A DNA stretch of 10,095 nucleotides, taken from the NCBI GenBank assembly GCA_018266075.1, contig JAFEBB010000038.1, forward strand, positions 64,001 to 74,095, in the 5' to 3' direction. The notes under the pieces were generated by a model, which was not told the origin of the DNA, did no database searches, and worked only from the letters and a program-made list of their open reading frames with translations. Positions within the stretch are counted from its first letter, which is position 1; every line of letters starts with the position of its first letter. The position numbers and the translations under genes are program-made. The DNA is from Deltaproteobacteria bacterium (lineage in GTDB: Bacteria; Myxococcota; Myxococcia; Myxococcales; SZAS-1). Below, piece by piece: positions 7,563 to 10,095 of the stretch.

Positions 7563-8237
7563 TCAGTACATTCGCGCGGGTGCTCTGGGATAGGTCGTCA
7601 TCGCCCGGTCGCCGCCGAAGAAGATCGACAGCTCGTGAAGCTCGACCCTGCCCCCGTCGATGTCTTCGTAGTCGTGCCACCGGTCCGGCAGCTCGCTCAG
7701 CGGAACATACGCATAGCCGCCCGCGGTCGCCGGATCCATCACGTACAGCCGCTCGGCGTCCAGACCCACCACCACGACGAAGTGACCGTCTTCCCACGCG
7801 TCACGCCACCGCACGTGAGCGGGATCGTCGGTCCACGCCTGCAGGTCCACGATCACCGGATCCCGGCGCGCGAGCGACGCTCGAATCTGCTCGATCGTCG
7901 AGTGCTCCTCCATGTTCGCCTGCAAGCCGAACTCGCGGGCCACTGCCGCGATGCGCGCTGCATGCGTTCCGTCGTGCTCGGTGCTGCCCAGCCGCTCGCC
8001 GAGGGCAATCTCGCGGCCGTCGTAGCGCTGGTAGTAGTAGAGGACACTCATCAGGGCGGCTGCACCGCAGGTGTAGTCGGTGGCCTGGCGCACGAGCGGG
8101 ACAGGAAGCAGCGCGGGTGAGGTCGCACGGGGCTCGCAGTCCGTGAAGCCGAGCGAAACGAGGACCGCCGCGCACGCGGCCGCAAGGGCCCCGTATCGAC
8201 GGGCCGGGCGAAGGGTGGCTGAGGCCGGAGTGTGCAT
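7563..8237 (-). CDS. Secreted stand-alone C39-like (papain-fold) cysteine peptidase, 224 aa
   Basis: ATG at 8235-8237 gives a signal peptide MHTPASATLRPARRYGALAAACAAVLVSLGF. The catalytic motifs are all present: QATDYTCGAAAL (Gln and Cys), GHFVVVVGLD (His) and YVMDPA (Asp). The longer 7563..8303 start variant would add a non-signal N-terminal extension. Stop TGA at 7563-7565. Confidence 0.8.
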   Translation of the reverse strand: MHTPASATLRPARRYGALAAACAAVLVSLGFTDCEPRATSPALLPVPLVRQATDYTCGAAALMSVLYYYQRYDGREIALGERLGSTEHDGTHAARIAAVAREFGLQANMEEHSTIEQIRASLARRDPVIVDLQAWTDDPAHVRWRDAWEDGHFVVVVGLDAERLYVMDPATAGGYAYVPLSELPDRWHDYEDIDGGRVELHELSIFFGGDRAMTTYPRAPARMY

Positions 8238-8296
8238 TGCCGCCTTCTCCCTCACGCCGTGGCGCTCAGCGGCGCCAGCCGACTGGCATCTTACCC

Positions 8297-8326
8297 GCTG
8301 CATTCCGCGGCGATGGTCGATGCAGC
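8297..8326. promoter_or_regulatory. Inverted repeat GCTGCAT-N16-ATGCAGC in the divergent peptidase/activator intergenic region; candidate operator or upstream activator site
   Basis: Perfect 7-bp arms at 8297-8303 and 8320-8326, seen directly in the sequence. Confidence 0.25.
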
Positions 8327-8337
8327 TCTGGTTGGCG

Positions 8338-8367
8338 TTGACCCGCGGTTGAGCTTCTCTCTACGGT
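8338..8367 (+). promoter_or_regulatory. Putative sigma-70-type promoter (-35 TTGACC, 18-bp spacer, -10 TACGGT) for the activator gene
   Basis: TTGACC at 8338-8343 and TAcggT at 8362-8367 lie about 30 bp upstream of the start codon. Weak match, by eye only. Confidence 0.2.
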
Positions 8368-8385
8368 CTTGCTTGCAGCCGTACC

Positions 8386-8392
8386 CGGGGGA
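8386..8392 (+). promoter_or_regulatory. Shine-Dalgarno GGGGGAG for the activator gene
   Basis: GGGGGAG ends 3 nt before the ATG at 8396. This favours ATG 8396 over the in-frame TTG at 8369 used by the ORF track. Confidence 0.45.
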
Positions 8393-8395
8393 GCC

Positions 8396-9796
8396 ATGGC
8401 CGCGCCATTCGAACCGCAGCCCTCCACCCTCAACGAGGACCGCCCTCGCCTCCGCGGCGGCAAGGGCCTCCGGATCCGGGCCGTGGGTGCTGAAACCCAA
8501 TTCATCGCGCTCACGCGTCCGTACCTCCTGGTCGGCTCCTCTGACGCGTGTGGCCTCCGCCTTCACGACAGGTTTGTCTCCCGCCGGCACCTCGAGATCT
8601 CCGTCTCATCCGAGGGCGTGGCGGTGAAGCTCGTCAGCATGACGAACGGGATGCTCCTCCTCGCCGAGGGAGGCATTTCCACGGGCTCCCACGTCACGGA
8701 GGTGAGCTTCTGGGGTGTGGGGAGCGGGATCCGCATCGGCAAGACGGTGCTCTGGCTCGAGTACGAGCCTGAGGAGTCCGAGCGCCGCCGCGACCTCTTT
8801 GGTCTCATCGGCGATGACGCGGCGATCGACCGCGTGCGCCAGGACATCGTCACCTGGAGCGCCGACAGGTTCCGGGTGCTCATCCACGGCGAGAGCGGTT
8901 CGGGCAAGGAGCTGGTGGCGCGCGGGCTCCACGACCGGTCGCCGCGACACGAGAACCATTTCATCGCCCGAAATTGCGCCACCCTCGTCGGCTCCATGCT
9001 CGAGGACGACCTCTTTGGGCACGTGAAGAACGCCTTCACCGGCGCGGTCCGCGAGCGCAAAGGAGCCTTTGAGCTGGCCGACCGGTGCACCCTCTTCCTC
9101 GACGAGATCGGCGAGCTGCCACCGGAGACGCAGGTCAAGCTGCTCCGCGTGCTGGAGACCGGCGAGGTCTTCCCGGTGGGCTCGAGCACGCCCATCAAGG
9201 TCGACGTCCGCCTCATCTGCGCGTCGCACCGCGACCTGCGCAAGATGGTGAAGGAGGGGAAGTTCCGCGAGGACCTCTACCACCGCATCGCGGACGTGAC
9301 GATCGAGGTCCCGCCGCTGCGCGAGCGCCCCGGCGACATCCCGCTGCTGGTGCGCCACTACACCTCGATGCAGCCCAATGGCGGAGGCGTGGGCTGGACC
9401 CCGCGGGCGATGGAGATGATGCAGGAGCACCCGTTCACCGGGAACGTGCGCGAGCTCATCAGCGCGGTGAAGTGCGCCGTGCAGCTCGCCACGGGCGGCT
9501 TCGTGGAGCCGGAGCACCTCCGGCGGATCCTGAAGGACATGGCGACGGACGAGAGCTCGAACGACACCGTCGGCGTCCGAGCCAAGCCGTTGAAGGCGGT
9601 CATCCGCGAAACCATCGTCAAGAGCATCCGGCGGAATGGCGGCAACAAGAACGCCGCCGCGCGCGAGCTCAAGACCAGCCGCAGCGTCCTCACGCCGATT
9701 GACCCCGACCATGAGCTCGAGGACAGCGAGTCGAGCGAGAAGCGCCCGAAGTCGAGCGACCAGACGCGCGACCCGAGCAAGAAGCGCCGTCGGTAG
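8396..9796 (+). CDS. Sigma-54-dependent transcriptional activator (bacterial enhancer-binding protein) with an N-terminal FHA domain, 466 aa
   Basis: The FHA motifs are GSSDACGLRLHDRFVSRRHLEI. The sigma-54 AAA+ domain shows Walker A GESGSGKE, a GAFTGA-like loop FGHVKNAFTGA, Walker B CTLFLDEIGEL and an arginine finger region NVRELISAV. A C-terminal Fis-type HTH reads RRNGGNKNAAARELKTSRSVL, followed by a basic tail. Stop TAG at 9794-9796. Confidence 0.9.
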   Translation: MAAPFEPQPSTLNEDRPRLRGGKGLRIRAVGAETQFIALTRPYLLVGSSDACGLRLHDRFVSRRHLEISVSSEGVAVKLVSMTNGMLLLAEGGISTGSHVTEVSFWGVGSGIRIGKTVLWLEYEPEESERRRDLFGLIGDDAAIDRVRQDIVTWSADRFRVLIHGESGSGKELVARGLHDRSPRHENHFIARNCATLVGSMLEDDLFGHVKNAFTGAVRERKGAFELADRCTLFLDEIGELPPETQVKLLRVLETGEVFPVGSSTPIKVDVRLICASHRDLRKMVKEGKFREDLYHRIADVTIEVPPLRERPGDIPLLVRHYTSMQPNGGGVGWTPRAMEMMQEHPFTGNVRELISAVKCAVQLATGGFVEPEHLRRILKDMATDESSNDTVGVRAKPLKAVIRETIVKSIRRNGGNKNAAARELKTSRSVLTPIDPDHELEDSESSEKRPKSSDQTRDPSKKRRR

Positions 9797-9877
9797 CCGG
9801 AAGGCGTCTCGCGCTTCGTTCCCGAGAGCCAAAGCCGTAGCTCACAACGCCTGGCCCGGCGTCCGAAGAAACGCTCC

Positions 9878-10095
9878 GTGATCTTCGGGGGTGCGTGGCT
9901 CGCTATCAAAGGCCCGCGGCTCATCGCGAAGAGCTCAATCTCGATCGAACAGAACCCGATCTTGCTCACCCAGGACGGGTTCCCGGGCCCGAAGAACCGG
10001 CTCGTCGGCCTGATAGACCGGCTCCTCGGCCCGATGAACAGGCTCCTCGGCCCGATGAACAGGCTCGTCGGCCCGATGAACCGGCTCGTCGGCCC
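9878..10095 (+). CDS. Partial CDS (3' end beyond window): hypothetical protein with tandem heptapeptide GP(M/K)NRL(V/L) repeats
   Basis: The reading frame is the same as the activator's and stays open from its TAG to the window end, with high GC3. The other two frames have a stop in every repeat unit (frame 0) or low GC3 (frame 1, PDEQAPR). The start is uncertain: GTG at 9878 gives MIFGGAWLAIKGPRL, and CTG at 9851 and TTG at 9962 are alternatives. Unit-to-unit substitutions are synonymous (agg to cgg, Arg) or conservative (ctc to gtc, Leu/Val) in this frame. Confidence 0.45.
   Translation, partial: MIFGGAWLAIKGPRLIAKSSISIEQNPILLTQDGFPGPKNRLVGLIDRLLGPMNRLLGPMNRLVGPMNRLVG
9986..10095 (+). repeat. 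21-bp tandem direct repeat array, at least 5 units with consensus cccgatgaacaggctcgtcgg, truncated by the window edge
   Basis: The units are cccgaagaaccggctcgtcgg, cctgatagaccggctcctcgg, cccgatgaacaggctcctcgg, cccgatgaacaggctcgtcgg and cccgatgaaccggctcgtcgg, followed by ccc at the edge. There are no spacers, so this is not a CRISPR array. Confidence 0.85.

Noticed and set aside
4810-7797. 995-aa minus-strand ORF
   Set aside because: Upstream of 5751 it overlaps prfC in a different frame and its translation is low-complexity Arg/Gly/Ala. Only the last 313 codons, which begin with a signal peptide, look genuine.
8225-8241. GG-N10-GC arrangement (ccGGagtgtgcatTGCc) as a sigma-54 promoter upstream of the activator
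   Set aside because: Only the GG and TTGC cores match; the rest of the -24 box is degenerate. It also overlaps the peptidase start codon, so it is too weak to report as a feature.
7580-8352. Plus-strand ORFs 7580..8146, 7635..8120 and 8080..8352, and minus-strand ORFs 7801..8175 and 7853..8047
   Set aside because: They overlap the C39-like peptidase gene, whose frame contains the catalytic motifs. The other frames are compositional artefacts.
8563-9969. Minus-strand ORFs 8606..9832, 8563..9243 and 9358..9969, and plus-strand alternatives 8548..8772, 8715..9026, 9069..9251, 9085..9702 and 9636..9881
   Set aside because: They are antisense or off-frame shadows of the sigma-54 activator gene, with no recognisable motifs and Arg/Ala/Ser-rich composition.
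9986-10095. Reading the 21-bp repeats as a CRISPR array, or as iterons
   Set aside because: The units are contiguous with no spacers, they are 21 bp rather than 28-37 bp, and they lie in an open high-GC3 frame with synonymous or conservative variation. This fits a coding tandem repeat.

Overview
This is a roughly 70% GC segment that looks chromosomal and, from the gene content (an FHA-type sigma-54 activator and several lipoproteins), is probably from a myxobacterium-like Deltaproteobacterium. The GC-rich background produces many long spurious antisense and overlapping ORFs in the six-frame track. After discarding these shadows by third-codon-position GC (GC3), protein motifs, signal peptides and start-site context, I support eight protein-coding genes and no RNA genes, CRISPR arrays or mobile elements.

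The eight genes, in order:
1. 42..2135 (-): a lipoprotein with PBS-lyase/HEAT-like repeats fused to a C-terminal cyclophilin-type peptidyl-prolyl isomerase (PPIase) domain.
2. 2268..3470 (+): a divergently transcribed protein with an N-terminal CxxC-N13-CxxC zinc ribbon, a disordered Pro/Ala/Glu/Arg-rich linker of about 270 aa and a C-terminal multi-helix membrane domain. It probably starts at TTG.
3. 3467..4813 (-): a phosphoesterase-family lipoprotein, like non-haemolytic phospholipase C or the acid phosphatase AcpA.
4. 4810..5751 (-): a Gly/Ser-rich secreted protein that looks like a beta-barrel outer-membrane protein, translationally coupled to gene 3 through an ATGA overlap.
5. 5799..7418 (-): prfC, peptide chain release factor 3.
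6. 7563..8237 (-): a secreted, stand-alone C39-like cysteine peptidase.
7. 8396..9796 (+): a sigma-54-dependent transcriptional activator with an N-terminal FHA domain, divergent from gene 6.
8. 9878..>10095 (+, partial): a gene directly downstream of gene 7 that runs into a 21-bp tandem repeat array encoding heptapeptide GP(M/K)NRL(V/L) repeats. The array continues past the window edge.

The parts most worth follow-up are the activator, peptidase and heptad-repeat neighbourhood, and the outer-membrane-protein plus phosphoesterase cassette, which has atypical codon usage.
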